Below are positions 1 to 9,239 of a stretch of DNA of 64,000 nucleotides, piece after piece. Source of the DNA: a virus; the IMG/VR virus record IMGVR_UViG_3300044957_000619, one strand, 5' to 3'. Positions within the stretch are counted from its first letter, which is position 1. Each line of letters starts with the position of its first letter. Below the pieces are notes generated by a model. The model did no database searches. It was not told the DNA's origin and worked only from the letters and a program-made list of their open reading frames with translations. Both the position numbers and the translations under genes were made by a program.

Positions 1-28
1 TGCTTTATTGATATCATATTAATAAATA

Positions 29-586
29 TCACTCAAGTAAATTGTAATTCCAATAACGTTCTTTATCCGTATTAAATGGATTACCTGTTTGTTGATAATA
101 ACAATTCATGCAAAGCATTTGAAGATTTTCTATGCAATGATTTGTTTCATCTCCGTCAATATGGTCTAAAAATAAAGGCACCGTATCGTCAGTTATTCTG
201 CGTTCTGAATATCCGCAGGAGTTGCATTGTTCTGGAAGTATTGCCAATGCCAACAATCTATTGCGTAGCTTCCAGGTAGGATAGTTAGGATGGTTGCCTG
301 TCAAGATATTATCAATTGAATATATACCTTTATTGGCTTTGCAAACATCTTTTGGTATGCCTACCCCAAATTGATTTTTATGAAGCTCATACAATGTCTT
401 TCCGGTATCGCGATCTACGTACATTCGAGCATACTTTTTATAAGTAGTAAATGATATTTTGAGAAACCGAGCTGCTTCAGCATTAGATTTAGTGTTTTCC
501 ATGGCATAGCGTATTTCGCTTTCAGGAATATCTAATGCTGTTTTGCCAATTCCATATATGTATTTATACTGCTTTTCAGACATCAA
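29..586 (-). CDS. HNH endonuclease with N-terminal HTH-like region
   Basis: C-terminal CNSCG...LDHIDGDETNHCIENLQMLCMNC, a zinc-ribbon HNH motif. Confidence 0.8.
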   Translation of the reverse strand: MMSEKQYKYIYGIGKTALDIPESEIRYAMENTKSNAEAARFLKISFTTYKKYARMYVDRDTGKTLYELHKNQFGVGIPKDVCKANKGIYSIDNILTGNHPNYPTWKLRNRLLALAILPEQCNSCGYSERRITDDTVPLFLDHIDGDETNHCIENLQMLCMNCYYQQTGNPFNTDKERYWNYNLLE

Positions 587-969
587 TACAATCCGTGCGT
601 TTTTAAAATGCTAACCGCATCTTTTGGAAACGTTTTTGATTCATACAGTTGCTTTACCACATCTCCAAGCTTGTTGATCTTTCCTAAAAAAAATGTCGGA
701 TGAACTTTGGACAATTTTTCAACTTCCTCAATCCAATACGAATATGCTGCATACTTGTCGTTGAAACGATCTGCATCCGTACGATTTTCCCAATATTCGA
801 TTTGATCTTGCAAAGGCCACATATAAACTGGAATATTCGGATCTTTTCGTATACCGGATTGAATCGGCATACCTTGTTCTCGTTTTATGTTTTTAGAAAT
901 AAATTTATCCATAATCAATGCAGAACGATCTTTTGGGGACATTCCCGTGTGTGCTGATTTTTTACCCAT
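583..969 (-). CDS. hypothetical phage protein
   Basis: 128 aa ORF overlapping both neighbours in the same operon. Confidence 0.6.
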   Translation of the reverse strand: MGKKSAHTGMSPKDRSALIMDKFISKNIKREQGMPIQSGIRKDPNIPVYMWPLQDQIEYWENRTDADRFNDKYAAYSYWIEEVEKLSKVHPTFFLGKINKLGDVVKQLYESKTFPKDAVSILKTHGLY

Positions 970-1159
970 TTTGTTTTTGTTTTTCCGTTAATACAACTAT
1001 TTTACGCCATGCATCTTCTGCACGATACGCATATGTTTTAAACTGTATGATATCAAGTTTTTTTCGAGCAGCTTCCATGCGACGCATGTTGCGATGATAA
1101 GTTGCATGAAGAAATGCAATGCGAAAACGAATAATGTAATTATGAATTTTTTGTATCAT
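962..1159 (-). CDS. hypothetical basic protein
   Basis: 65 aa ORF coupled to its neighbours. Confidence 0.5.
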   Translation of the reverse strand: MIQKIHNYIIRFRIAFLHATYHRNMRRMEAARKKLDIIQFKTYAYRAEDAWRKIVVLTEKQKQNG

Positions 1160-1418
1160 GTTTTTCTAGTGTTGCTGTTAAATTGCATTTAATAAAATAT
1201 TCATATACGGTTTGACATGTATCATATGAATTTACGAATACCACACAACGACCCGCATTGTGCACAATTAATGCACATTGATGTGCTTGAAATTCATTGT
1301 GATCGCACGCATCCATGATGCATCCTATTACATGATCAAACGTATTGTGCGTATCATTATGTAACACAACTTGATATTTGCCGCGTTTAGCAGGTTTCTT
1401 CAATACTTTCTTTGACAT
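1140..1418 (-). CDS. clpS: ATP-dependent Clp protease adaptor ClpS-like
   Basis: YQVVLHNDTHNTFDHVI...QAHQCALIVHNAGRCVV matches the ClpS signature (NDDxNTFxHV...A.QCA..VH..G); likely start MSKK at 1418. Confidence 0.8.
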   Translation of the reverse strand: MSKKVLKKPAKRGKYQVVLHNDTHNTFDHVIGCIMDACDHNEFQAHQCALIVHNAGRCVVFVNSYDTCQTVYEYFIKCNLTATLEKHDTKNS

Positions 1419-1590
1419 CTCGTATAATTGCACATTGTTCATATAATTCTCGATCCATAGCATATCGCAAAGCTTCAGATAAAAAATGCAATCTGCGTTC
1501 TCTATCCCATTGATCTGGCCACTCCCATTCCCTAGTTGCCATTATGTTGATCGAATCAATAAATAATTGTTCCATGAAGTTTTGATTCAT
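1387..1590 (-). CDS. small protein with UVR (UvrB/C)-like coiled-coil motif
   Basis: LRYAMDRELYEQCAIIRD resembles L..A...E.YE.AA..RD; promoter directly upstream. Confidence 0.55.
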   Translation of the reverse strand: MNQNFMEQLFIDSINIMATREWEWPDQWDRERRLHFLSEALRYAMDRELYEQCAIIRDVKESIEETC

Positions 1591-1595
1591 AATTT

Positions 1596-1624
1596 AATAT
1601 ATATAAATTTGTATGTTAATCCAA
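1596..1624 (-). promoter_or_regulatory. class A promoter TTGGAT-N17-TATATT
   Basis: exact 17 nt spacer; ATG 5 nt downstream. Confidence 0.65.
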
Positions 1625-1625
1625 A

Positions 1626-1700
1626 TTATTTGATAATTAGCTTTTGTCCAATTTGAACAGTATCTGATTTTAAATTGTTTATGCGTTTAAGTGCATCATG
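1626..1700 (-). pseudogene. orphaned C-terminal half of a LysM domain
   Basis: DALKRINNLKSDTVQIGQKLIIK* lies out of frame just after the lysozyme ORF; the N-terminal half of the LysM is missing. Confidence 0.65.
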
Positions 1701-2325
1701 ATGTTTTGTTTTTTGATGATTTTGTTGTAGAAAGCGATTTACCTTTATTTGGTCCTTCTTCGTATGATGCCGTTGCAGGATTGAACCCATACCATTTACT
1801 GTTTTTTGGTCTACCCCATTTATCTCTAGCATCTAATATGTTAAAAACTTGCTTTGCAACTTTTCTTCGACTGGGTAGACTTGCTGCTAGCGCACTCGCC
1901 TTTGGTCGTTCGCAAAATTTTGCAAATCCTTCTGCTTTATCTGCAACAGTTTTACCGTAATTCATAGCTTTTTGAAATTGACGTGTTTCATACGCATAAG
2001 TTCCATCATACTCATCTAGAAGCTCGTATTTAACAAAATCTAATTGAACTGTTAGATTAGTCATTGATTTTTTTTGTTTTTTTGCGTATGCAGCTAATGC
2101 TTTTTTTCTAACACCGAGCCATTGCATTAAACCAAAATCTCCGCCACTACCTGTTGCTGCTGGGTCAAATGTAGATTCAGCCCACATATTTCCAACAATT
2201 GCAGCTGCTTGAATTTTCGTAAATCCTCGATTGATTAACGACCATGCTAATGACTTACCTGTATTAATATTGTCTCCAGTAAGTACTCCTTCACCTTCAA
2301 AAATCAATGATTTCATTTTGATCAT
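1696..2325 (-). CDS. phage tail lysozyme-like muramidase (Phage_lysozyme2 type)
   Basis: AAAIVGNMWAESTFDP...FGLMQW...QLDFVKYEL...FCERP motifs. Confidence 0.8.
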   Translation of the reverse strand: MIKMKSLIFEGEGVLTGDNINTGKSLAWSLINRGFTKIQAAAIVGNMWAESTFDPAATGSGGDFGLMQWLGVRKKALAAYAKKQKKSMTNLTVQLDFVKYELLDEYDGTYAYETRQFQKAMNYGKTVADKAEGFAKFCERPKASALAASLPSRRKVAKQVFNILDARDKWGRPKNSKWYGFNPATASYEEGPNKGKSLSTTKSSKNKTS

Positions 2326-2726
2326 GATTTCTTACCCCAATTCTTTGCACCTTTCTTTCTGCATGCAGCAAGTGCCAATGATCCGTATGCTGAAGGCCAC
2401 GTTCCGCCGTCTCGAGTATAACGAGCTTTTACTTTGTAGTAGCAAGCATCACGTTTTGCTTTCTTTTTTTCTTCGATTACACCTTCAGCCTTAGGAGTAC
2501 GTTTACCCATACCAACTCGTCGTTTTTGTGCAACTAAAGATTTTTTTTCTTTTTTATCAAACGAGCTCCATGTTTTTGGAGTATCTTTAGAAACTTTACG
2601 AGAAGGACGGCACTTTTTAACGCCTTTGGTTTTGTCATTGCCACAAGGCCGGCCATGTTGATCTGTCCATTTTTCTTTTACCCAACGGCGAAGATCTTCT
2701 GATAGTAAATCAACTAAACGTATCAT
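2322..2726 (-). CDS. basic conserved phage protein, possible internal head protein
   Basis: LRRWVKEKW...CG...KCRP and DACYYKVKARY..WPSAYGS motifs typical of T4-like phage proteins; N-terminal MIRLVDLLSE. Confidence 0.6.
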   Translation of the reverse strand: MIRLVDLLSEDLRRWVKEKWTDQHGRPCGNDKTKGVKKCRPSRKVSKDTPKTWSSFDKKEKKSLVAQKRRVGMGKRTPKAEGVIEEKKKAKRDACYYKVKARYTRDGGTWPSAYGSLALAACRKKGAKNWGKKS

Positions 2727-3058
2727 CGTCCTTTTTCCTCGCGGATAATTAATTCGCCCAACACTTCTAATCGACCAACTTCTCTTTGAAATTCAATTTG
2801 AGACATTGATGATGAAATCCTTTTATATGTTTCGTCAAATTCGCGTTTAGCTTTATCTAAATCAAATTTCCCAGCAGCTGCTCTTTTATAATAAGGAAGT
2901 TTAACTTTGAAATGATGCCAAGTTAATAAAGCTAATCCACCTTTTTCATGAGCAGTTGTTGCAATCTTCTCTGCACCAGCCTCGCGGGTATCTGCAAATG
3001 ATTCAAAAGTATCTTTCTTTTTTTCTTTTGATTCGAAAAGTAAATTTATTAGTTTCAT
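2723..3058 (-). CDS. hypothetical protein, possible internal head protein
   Basis: starts MKLINLLFE directly after the ATATTTATT motif. Confidence 0.6.
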   Translation of the reverse strand: MKLINLLFESKEKKKDTFESFADTREAGAEKIATTAHEKGGLALLTWHHFKVKLPYYKRAAAGKFDLDKAKREFDETYKRISSSMSQIEFQREVGRLEVLGELIIREEKGR

Positions 3059-3069
3059 ATTAATAAATA

Positions 3070-3732
3070 TTACAACGTAGGAATTAATTTGTATGATTTA
3101 CAACCAAATAATAGCATAGCTCTAAAATCAGCTTGTTGAAATGCATCTAATGAATGTTTTGGTAATCGATTAAATCGTTTAGTAACAGATATTATTTCAT
3201 CCCAATTGGTATATTGTAATACTGTTTCTACGTAGTCAACATCAACTAACATATCTCGCACATTAGGATAATCCCACTCAATATGTACTATAGGCATGAT
3301 GCGATCTTCATTTATATAATCAATGCATAAATCTAGTCCGCATTTAAAACTGGTACTAAGTATGCGAAATAGTTCAGGACGTTGTGTTGCATAACGTTTT
3401 ACTTGTTCTGCAGCTTCTCCGGTCAGTGGATATCTAAAAACAAACTGACTATGATCTAAAATTAATTCCGATGTACCACTTTGTGTTAGCCATGGTTGAA
3501 TAATTGCATGAGCACCTTTGGCAGCATCTCCATCTTTATACCATGTTGTATCGTGTTCTAATGAAATATCATTATGTGCATAATATGCTTGTTCAATTTC
3601 ATTTAAATCAAACCCTTCATGATCTACATGACACGTATAATTTAATAATACGCGTTCTGCAACATCTTCTGGTAATGGTTTTGAAATTTGAATATCCAAA
3701 TAGATAGGTTTTGATACGTTATAACTTAACAT
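3070..3732 (-). CDS. conserved hypothetical phage protein
   Basis: 220 aa ORF in the operon. Confidence 0.6.
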   Translation of the reverse strand: MLSYNVSKPIYLDIQISKPLPEDVAERVLLNYTCHVDHEGFDLNEIEQAYYAHNDISLEHDTTWYKDGDAAKGAHAIIQPWLTQSGTSELILDHSQFVFRYPLTGEAAEQVKRYATQRPELFRILSTSFKCGLDLCIDYINEDRIMPIVHIEWDYPNVRDMLVDVDYVETVLQYTNWDEIISVTKRFNRLPKHSLDAFQQADFRAMLLFGCKSYKLIPTL

Positions 3733-4130
3733 TACATCATGTTTTTTATTATGTTAGCAAAATTTGTTTTTGAATTGTTAAAATCTGAATCTGCATCATC
3801 AAATAATTTAGTTTCAAAAGAATTCTTTGATTTTTTGATTAAACAAACTGTTGCATCGAATTGTTCTAAGCCATTAAGTAAATATACAATTCCAAAGTAT
3901 GCATAGTTATCACAAACTTTAGCAACAAATTCTGCTTTTGAAAATATCAATTTCATTGTGCCTAAATCTTCTATAGGTGCACTAAATACGTGTTCTTTAC
4001 GTTTCAATCCTAAATATGAAAATTTAGGAGACGTTTTCATTTGTTTTGCAAATTCTTCGAAAAACGGTTTTGCTAATTGTTTTGGATCAACAACATTTGC
4101 TTCAGTCAATATGTTTTTTAGTTTCATCAT
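3732..4130 (-). CDS. hypothetical protein, possible internal head protein
   Basis: N-terminal MMKLKNILTE leader. Confidence 0.55.
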   Translation of the reverse strand: MMKLKNILTEANVVDPKQLAKPFFEEFAKQMKTSPKFSYLGLKRKEHVFSAPIEDLGTMKLIFSKAEFVAKVCDNYAYFGIVYLLNGLEQFDATVCLIKKSKNSFETKLFDDADSDFNNSKTNFANIIKNMM

Positions 4131-4546
4131 CGTGTTAGATCTTTATTATCTAAAGCACCGCCTGTTACCCAGGCAGTACAACTTCTGCTACCAGCACATT
4201 TAAAATGAAGAAAATTGCAATAACCTAAATCAGCTTTTTCTATTGTTGCCATTGCATCAATATTTTTTTCATTGCCTTCGATGCCCTTTTGCATACACTT
4301 CCACATTTTATCTGAAACATCGAATGCTGCACAATTACCACATTTCATAGTTTTCGCTGTGGTTTCATCTATCTTCCAACGTTTTGCAGCATCTTTCCAA
4401 TACTTACCTGGTTTATCTGGATTTGCTGGACCATAAAAATATTCATCTATTGCATGTTGTCTATTTTTAAGATTAACATGAATATCTTGTGTTGCAATAG
4501 GACAACCTGTTTTTGCTTCAATCAATAGATGTTTTAGCTTCTTCAC
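4127..4546 (-). CDS. Cys-rich conserved phage protein
   Basis: CGNCAAF...GYCNFLHFKCAGSRSCTAW metal-binding pattern; leader MKKLKHLLIE with GTG start. Confidence 0.6.
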   Translation of the reverse strand: MKKLKHLLIEAKTGCPIATQDIHVNLKNRQHAIDEYFYGPANPDKPGKYWKDAAKRWKIDETTAKTMKCGNCAAFDVSDKMWKCMQKGIEGNEKNIDAMATIEKADLGYCNFLHFKCAGSRSCTAWVTGGALDNKDLTR

Positions 4547-5025
4547 TATTTTTTATGTTTTGAAATTTCTACTGCAGCAAGTTGTTTTAATGCTGCTCGT
4601 TTTGATTTTGGTCGTTTAGATAATCGGCGTCCCGATTTAGTAGTAGCAAAATATCCAGCTTCCGTTTTTTCAATGCGCTCTGGCATCATTTGTTTGAGCT
4701 GATCTTTAAAGTCAGCTGGAATGAATTGTGGTCGTGATGTATTTCCACCAAAGCCTGACACTTCTTGTGTTTCGTCATGAAGCGCATTCATTAAAAAATC
4801 ACCTACTTCTTGAATATCATCCTTGGATGTAGCAATATGATCGGCTGCCCAATCATGTCCATTGCTCAATATGCGTTGAACGTGACGCGGATCCATTTGC
4901 AACATGGCATCTACATATTTTTTAATTGTTTTTAGATTGCCAAAAAACATGTAGTTTGCATTTTTATCACCACAAACTCCGGTAGTTCCCCCACAACCAC
5001 AACTGCATTCGTTGAGTCGTTTCAT
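4546..5025 (-). CDS. conserved hypothetical phage protein
   Basis: MKRLNECSCGC...NYMFFGNL...HDWAADHI; basic C-terminus. Confidence 0.6.
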   Translation of the reverse strand: MKRLNECSCGCGGTTGVCGDKNANYMFFGNLKTIKKYVDAMLQMDPRHVQRILSNGHDWAADHIATSKDDIQEVGDFLMNALHDETQEVSGFGGNTSRPQFIPADFKDQLKQMMPERIEKTEAGYFATTKSGRRLSKRPKSKRAALKQLAAVEISKHKK

Positions 5026-5026
5026 A

Positions 5027-5197
5027 TTAAGCCTTTGCTAATACCGACCAAACAGTTCCGGTTAAAGTAATAACGCCGCCAATGATTTCCGTAGCAGTAG
5101 TTTCATCAATAAGTCCTTTGGTTACTAAAATACCCCCAACAAATGTTAAGGTGTGTCGAAGAATGCCGAGCAATTGTTCTCGTGTTAAACGTTTCAT
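5027..5197 (-). CDS. small two-TM membrane protein, putative holin (not in ORF track)
   Basis: manual translation MKRLTREQLLGILRHTLTFVGGILVTKGLIDETTATEIIGGVITLTGTVWSVLAKA*; AAGGAA and the late motif upstream. Confidence 0.7.
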   Translation of the reverse strand: MKRLTREQLLGILRHTLTFVGGILVTKGLIDETTATEIIGGVITLTGTVWSVLAKA

Positions 5198-5232
5198 TGT
5201 TTTCCTTTTTTATATAAATATATGTTATTAGA

Positions 5233-6258
5233 TTATATTGCAGTCCAACCTGCGGGGTCTGATTCTTTAAAAACATAAAGTACTCCCGCAGCATCATCCC
5301 AATATATTGAACCTGCAACAGCTTGGTCTGGTCGATCGTTTGGTAATACAAACTTACCAGTAAATCCAACGCCACCAAGTCCGGCTAAGTTTATTATGCC
5401 ATTTTTATCTGCAGTTAGATTTGTATTGTCATCAAGTTGTCCGGAAAATCCAATACTAGATCCGGATATAAATGTTGATCCGGTTACTAATAATGCGGTT
5501 TGATTGAAAGCAGTGCCTATTCTTAACGACCCTGATACTGCTAATGAACCGGTAACACCCATTGACCCGGTAACTTGTGCACTACCCGTAAATGGAAATC
5601 CAACACCGGATCCACCTCCCGCATTAAGAGCAAATGATGCCGTTACTGCGTATGATGAACTCAATGCCGACAAGGCATAACTTGCCGTTACGGGAACATT
5701 TCCAGCATAAGAAGCACTTAATGCAGTTGTAGCATATGATGCTGTTCCTAATAAAGAGCCTGTTATTGATGATGCGTTAACAGAACCAGTAACATATAAC
5801 TCATTTGTTACTTTTAAACTACCTGATATACCTACATTTGCCCAAGTACTTGAATCAATTGACATCCAGCCGTTGTTAACTAATCCCGTACTAAGGCCGC
5901 CAATAAAGCTAATACGTTTATTAGCTCCTCCAGTATCAGTTAACTGCAATATACTAGAATCTCCGTTGCCTATTAACAGGTATTGATCAATATTTGTAAA
6001 CTGAATTGAAGCTGTTGCGTTTGAATCGTTTTCTGTAAATACAATTTTTGAAGTACCGCTGTTATTAGTTAAAGCAATATTGTTATCTACTGTAATTACG
6101 GGCCCTGTTAATGCACCAACTAACGATCCCGTAAATGATCCGGTTGCAACGACTGTCGTTGTTGTGCTAGTACCATCCAATGCATCTATGATATTTGTTA
6201 TGTGTGTGGGTTGTATAGTACTTCCACCCGTAATACCTGTTCTACTTATTGTTCCCAT
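5233..6258 (-). CDS. tail fibre-like virion protein rich in TGS/SGS/TAS
   Basis: Gly/Ser/Thr-rich with repeated TGS and TASYA motifs; C-terminal GSIYWD...LYV fibre-type motif. Confidence 0.65.
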   Translation of the reverse strand: MGTISRTGITGGSTIQPTHITNIIDALDGTSTTTTVVATGSFTGSLVGALTGPVITVDNNIALTNNSGTSKIVFTENDSNATASIQFTNIDQYLLIGNGDSSILQLTDTGGANKRISFIGGLSTGLVNNGWMSIDSSTWANVGISGSLKVTNELYVTGSVNASSITGSLLGTASYATTALSASYAGNVPVTASYALSALSSSYAVTASFALNAGGGSGVGFPFTGSAQVTGSMGVTGSLAVSGSLRIGTAFNQTALLVTGSTFISGSSIGFSGQLDDNTNLTADKNGIINLAGLGGVGFTGKFVLPNDRPDQAVAGSIYWDDAAGVLYVFKESDPAGWTAI

Positions 6259-6439
6259 TTATGTCCTTGTTTCGTTTTTTGTATATTGGCCAATTTTTTG
6301 TTTTTTCATTGAGCCATTCTTGTCGTTCACCACATCCGCAATCTTCATCTAAAAGTTTAGCAATTTGTTTTGCTAATTGATCTAAACGAGTTGCACTAGT
6401 GATGCGTTTGATATCATCTCCTAAACCTCTACTTGCCAT
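6242..6439 (-). CDS. small conserved phage protein
   Basis: SRGLGDDI...DCGCGERQEWLN motif. Confidence 0.6.
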   Translation of the reverse strand: MASRGLGDDIKRITSATRLDQLAKQIAKLLDEDCGCGERQEWLNEKTKNWPIYKKRNKDINGNNK

Positions 6440-7466
6440 ATCTACTCTCATTTCGTATTTTGTTTAATAATTGCATCATAACCGTTTGCCATTGAGGCGT
6501 ATGTGGTATTTCAAATACCCGAGTACCTGGATATTCATATGATTGTTCGGGATGCATTAATTGCATATGGCCCGTATCATCAATACCTAATACTTTATAT
6601 GGTACTCGTTGCATTGTAATTCGATTGCCTGGAATCATAGTACAACGTCCAGGATGTTTCCACTGTCCTTGTGAATCGGCAACGCCTCCGGTTTTTTTGA
6701 TAATCATGTCCCATTCTGTTTCTGTAAGTTTGCGTTGTTTAGTAACATGTTGAGCGAGTGAATCTATTATAGTTTCATCAATTATCAATCGATTAGAAGT
6801 TATGCGATGAAGCATTACTTTTATTTGATCAATCAATCCTTTGTTTCGCAAATATTTGAAAGCTAAATTTTCTATAGAATATTCGCCTGCAGCATCTAGT
6901 CCCGCTTGACGAAGATTACGCAATTTGACTAAGATGCGTTTTATTTTTGACTCAGCATTTGAATCTGTAGTATCAATATTGTTTATTTCAAATTCGTATG
7001 GCTGAGCTTTTTGTTGTATTAATTCATCATCGATTGATATTGTGTCTGCATCAGGTTTACGTATCCATTTATTATTCATTACAGAAAATATACCGACTGA
7101 TCCGTGCAAACTTTCGTTTGAATCTTGAGCATACAATTCAATGTTCATGCCTTTATATGTTAACGGATATTTAGAATTCCATATGCTTTTTTTGGCTTGT
7201 AGATATTGCTGAACTAAATATAAATTATCGCCTACATTCAAATAATTTACAACAACATGTAAATCTATGTCACTATGTTCTGTCCAATTATAGTTTGCAT
7301 TGCTACCAATCAATATGACATCTAATATAGGAGCATCAATTTCTAGAGAATCATGAAATGCAGTTGCAATTTTCATAAAACCAGCACGCAGCTTCTTAGA
7401 CAAACATTGATTCGTTGTCCATAGTTTTGGGTTGAGTTGATGTTGTGTTTCGTATTCGTTCAGCAT
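6429..7466 (-). CDS. Pol-beta superfamily nucleotidyltransferase with additional C-terminal domain
   Basis: ILIGSNANYNW...SDIDLHV (GS plus DxD) and IELYAQD third acidic residue. Confidence 0.7.
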   Translation of the reverse strand: MLNEYETQHQLNPKLWTTNQCLSKKLRAGFMKIATAFHDSLEIDAPILDVILIGSNANYNWTEHSDIDLHVVVNYLNVGDNLYLVQQYLQAKKSIWNSKYPLTYKGMNIELYAQDSNESLHGSVGIFSVMNNKWIRKPDADTISIDDELIQQKAQPYEFEINNIDTTDSNAESKIKRILVKLRNLRQAGLDAAGEYSIENLAFKYLRNKGLIDQIKVMLHRITSNRLIIDETIIDSLAQHVTKQRKLTETEWDMIIKKTGGVADSQGQWKHPGRCTMIPGNRITMQRVPYKVLGIDDTGHMQLMHPEQSYEYPGTRVFEIPHTPQWQTVMMQLLNKIRNESRYGK

Positions 7467-7481
7467 TTTATATAAATATCA

Positions 7482-7829
7482 TTACTTCCAAAAGAGCTGT
7501 ACTAAAATAAGAGATACTGCTAACATCAATGAAACTGCAGTTTTTAGATTGATTGTTTCGCCTTTAAACATGTATGTCATGATGGTAAAAATAAAGATAC
7601 CCGCAACAAATGATATAAATCGCCCAGGCCAAAATTGTCCTCCAAAGCCTGATACTGCATAACGAGTTGCTTCCATGAAAGTCCATGTTATAGGAACACC
7701 TAAAAACATCAATGCAAGTTTATATGTTCGAGCCCACTGCCAAAGCAATGGTCCATTTATTTGAATCCAAACAACAATTTGGCTTAATACGAATATTGTT
7801 ATTGATAACGCAATGTGTCGATAATTCAT
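7482..7829 (-). CDS. four-TM membrane protein (DMT/SMR-like)
   Basis: four hydrophobic segments. Confidence 0.55.
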   Translation of the reverse strand: MNYRHIALSITIFVLSQIVVWIQINGPLLWQWARTYKLALMFLGVPITWTFMEATRYAVSGFGGQFWPGRFISFVAGIFIFTIMTYMFKGETINLKTAVSLMLAVSLILVQLFWK

Positions 7830-8506
7830 TGCAAAGATTTTAGCATTGCAATCATACGAGGACAAGGATAAATGTCCGATTTATCTTTTCGATAAGAATT
7901 ATGCGTATAAACGCCCGGTTCTCCTTTCAAGGCGCTCGTTGATACCGTCCACATATCATCTTCCCGATATGTTAAATCAATGCTATAAGTTTCATTCCAA
8001 TATACCAGTAATTGACGCGTTGATTCAATTTGTGCATCAGTATATCGATGATAGAATTTATGTCCTTTATATGGAGTTTCTAATTCAGTAACTTGATCTG
8101 CAGGAATTTCTCGATCTACATAGTTATAAAATTTGCCATTAACTCGATCCAACGGGCCCCAGTTACAAATCTCAATACCAATTGCATGTTTATCTAATGC
8201 TCGGCGTAGCAAACCTTTTGATTTGAATACATCTGGTTTGATTCCTAAATGATATCCCCAATACTTAGATGAAAATGCTTGACAAATTTCGCCATCATAT
8301 GTATCTTTTGATTGACCTTTACCTGAAATTGTAACGCAGGTTGCAATGCGACCTCTATCATCCGTATCCCACATTCTAATAGTGCCAACGCCGGAAGAGT
8401 TGCCAGCAGTATGATGAAGTACAATTTGTTTCTTTTCTGTTGCTTCTTTAATGTATTGTGATTCGCTCAATGGAATTTGTTTGATTTTTGATGTATCTAG
8501 TTTCAT
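7826..8506 (-). CDS. endolysin, N-acetylmuramoyl-L-alanine amidase (Amidase_2)
   Basis: IVLHHTAG, AIGIEICNWG, YTDAQIES, THNSYRKDKSDIYP. Confidence 0.85.
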   Translation of the reverse strand: MKLDTSKIKQIPLSESQYIKEATEKKQIVLHHTAGNSSGVGTIRMWDTDDRGRIATCVTISGKGQSKDTYDGEICQAFSSKYWGYHLGIKPDVFKSKGLLRRALDKHAIGIEICNWGPLDRVNGKFYNYVDREIPADQVTELETPYKGHKFYHRYTDAQIESTRQLLVYWNETYSIDLTYREDDMWTVSTSALKGEPGVYTHNSYRKDKSDIYPCPRMIAMLKSLQ

Positions 8507-8509
8507 AAC

Positions 8510-8962
8510 TTAATCCTTTTGTCTTGTACCTTTATGTAAATCAATTTTGTCTAATATGTCTGTTAATAATTTGCCTTCAATGAATCCGGCCATCGATGCA
8601 TTTTTCAAAGCACTAACGATTTGGAAGAATATGAATGGTAACAATATCGTTTCACTCAACCAAGATGTTCCCGGAAAACCGTTTTCAATGATTAATAACA
8701 CTGTTAGGAACATGATCCAAACTACGCCTGTTCTTAAAATTTTAAGTGCTTTACATGTTTTAAAGCCTTCTCTTCGCGTTCCTACAATAATTCCAAATAT
8801 ACCATCTAATGCTACAGTAACAACAATTGCTAAGTATTGTTCGGCATTATTCATGGTCAAATTTAATAAATACGTGCAAAAAAATGATACTGTTGTTGCT
8901 ACTGACATCAATAATCCTGTTTTCATTCTATTCATACCTTTTTCATACAGTTGGTTCATCAT
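8510..8962 (-). CDS. holin (phage holin family 4-like)
   Basis: TM segments, D..FG, SALKNAS..G motif; adjacent to the endolysin. Confidence 0.7.
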   Translation of the reverse strand: MMNQLYEKGMNRMKTGLLMSVATTVSFFCTYLLNLTMNNAEQYLAIVVTVALDGIFGIIVGTRREGFKTCKALKILRTGVVWIMFLTVLLIIENGFPGTSWLSETILLPFIFFQIVSALKNASMAGFIEGKLLTDILDKIDLHKGTRQKD

Positions 8963-9239
8963 CTTGTTTTTTTGAATGGTTTGAAAACTTGTCTACTACA
9001 GTCCCAAACATGGCAGCAATAACAATATATTCTACGGCATCAACTAAATATTCTGCGGGTGCAATAGATTTTGAATAAAGTGCGTTAATAAACATGATGA
9101 TTAGTAAAGACACAAATCCAACAAATCCAATTACGCGTTTAGACGAAACATTGCCTGATTGATCGTCAGATAACATTCGTTGAAAAAAGTTTTTGCTTTT
9201 ACTCATTGTATTCCTTAATTTTGATAACATTTGTTTCAT
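8943..9239 (-). CDS. two-TM membrane protein, holin/lysis-associated
   Basis: SSKRVIGF followed by TM helices; start right after the late motif. Confidence 0.6.
   Translation of the reverse strand: MKQMLSKLRNTMSKSKNFFQRMLSDDQSGNVSSKRVIGFVGFVSLLIIMFINALYSKSIAPAEYLVDAVEYIVIAAMFGTVVDKFSNHSKKQDDEPTV

Noticed and set aside
5106-5378. 90 aa minus-strand ORF in the track
   Set aside because: It overlaps the fibre gene end and crosses a promoter; the 5027-5197 holin-like ORF explains the region better.
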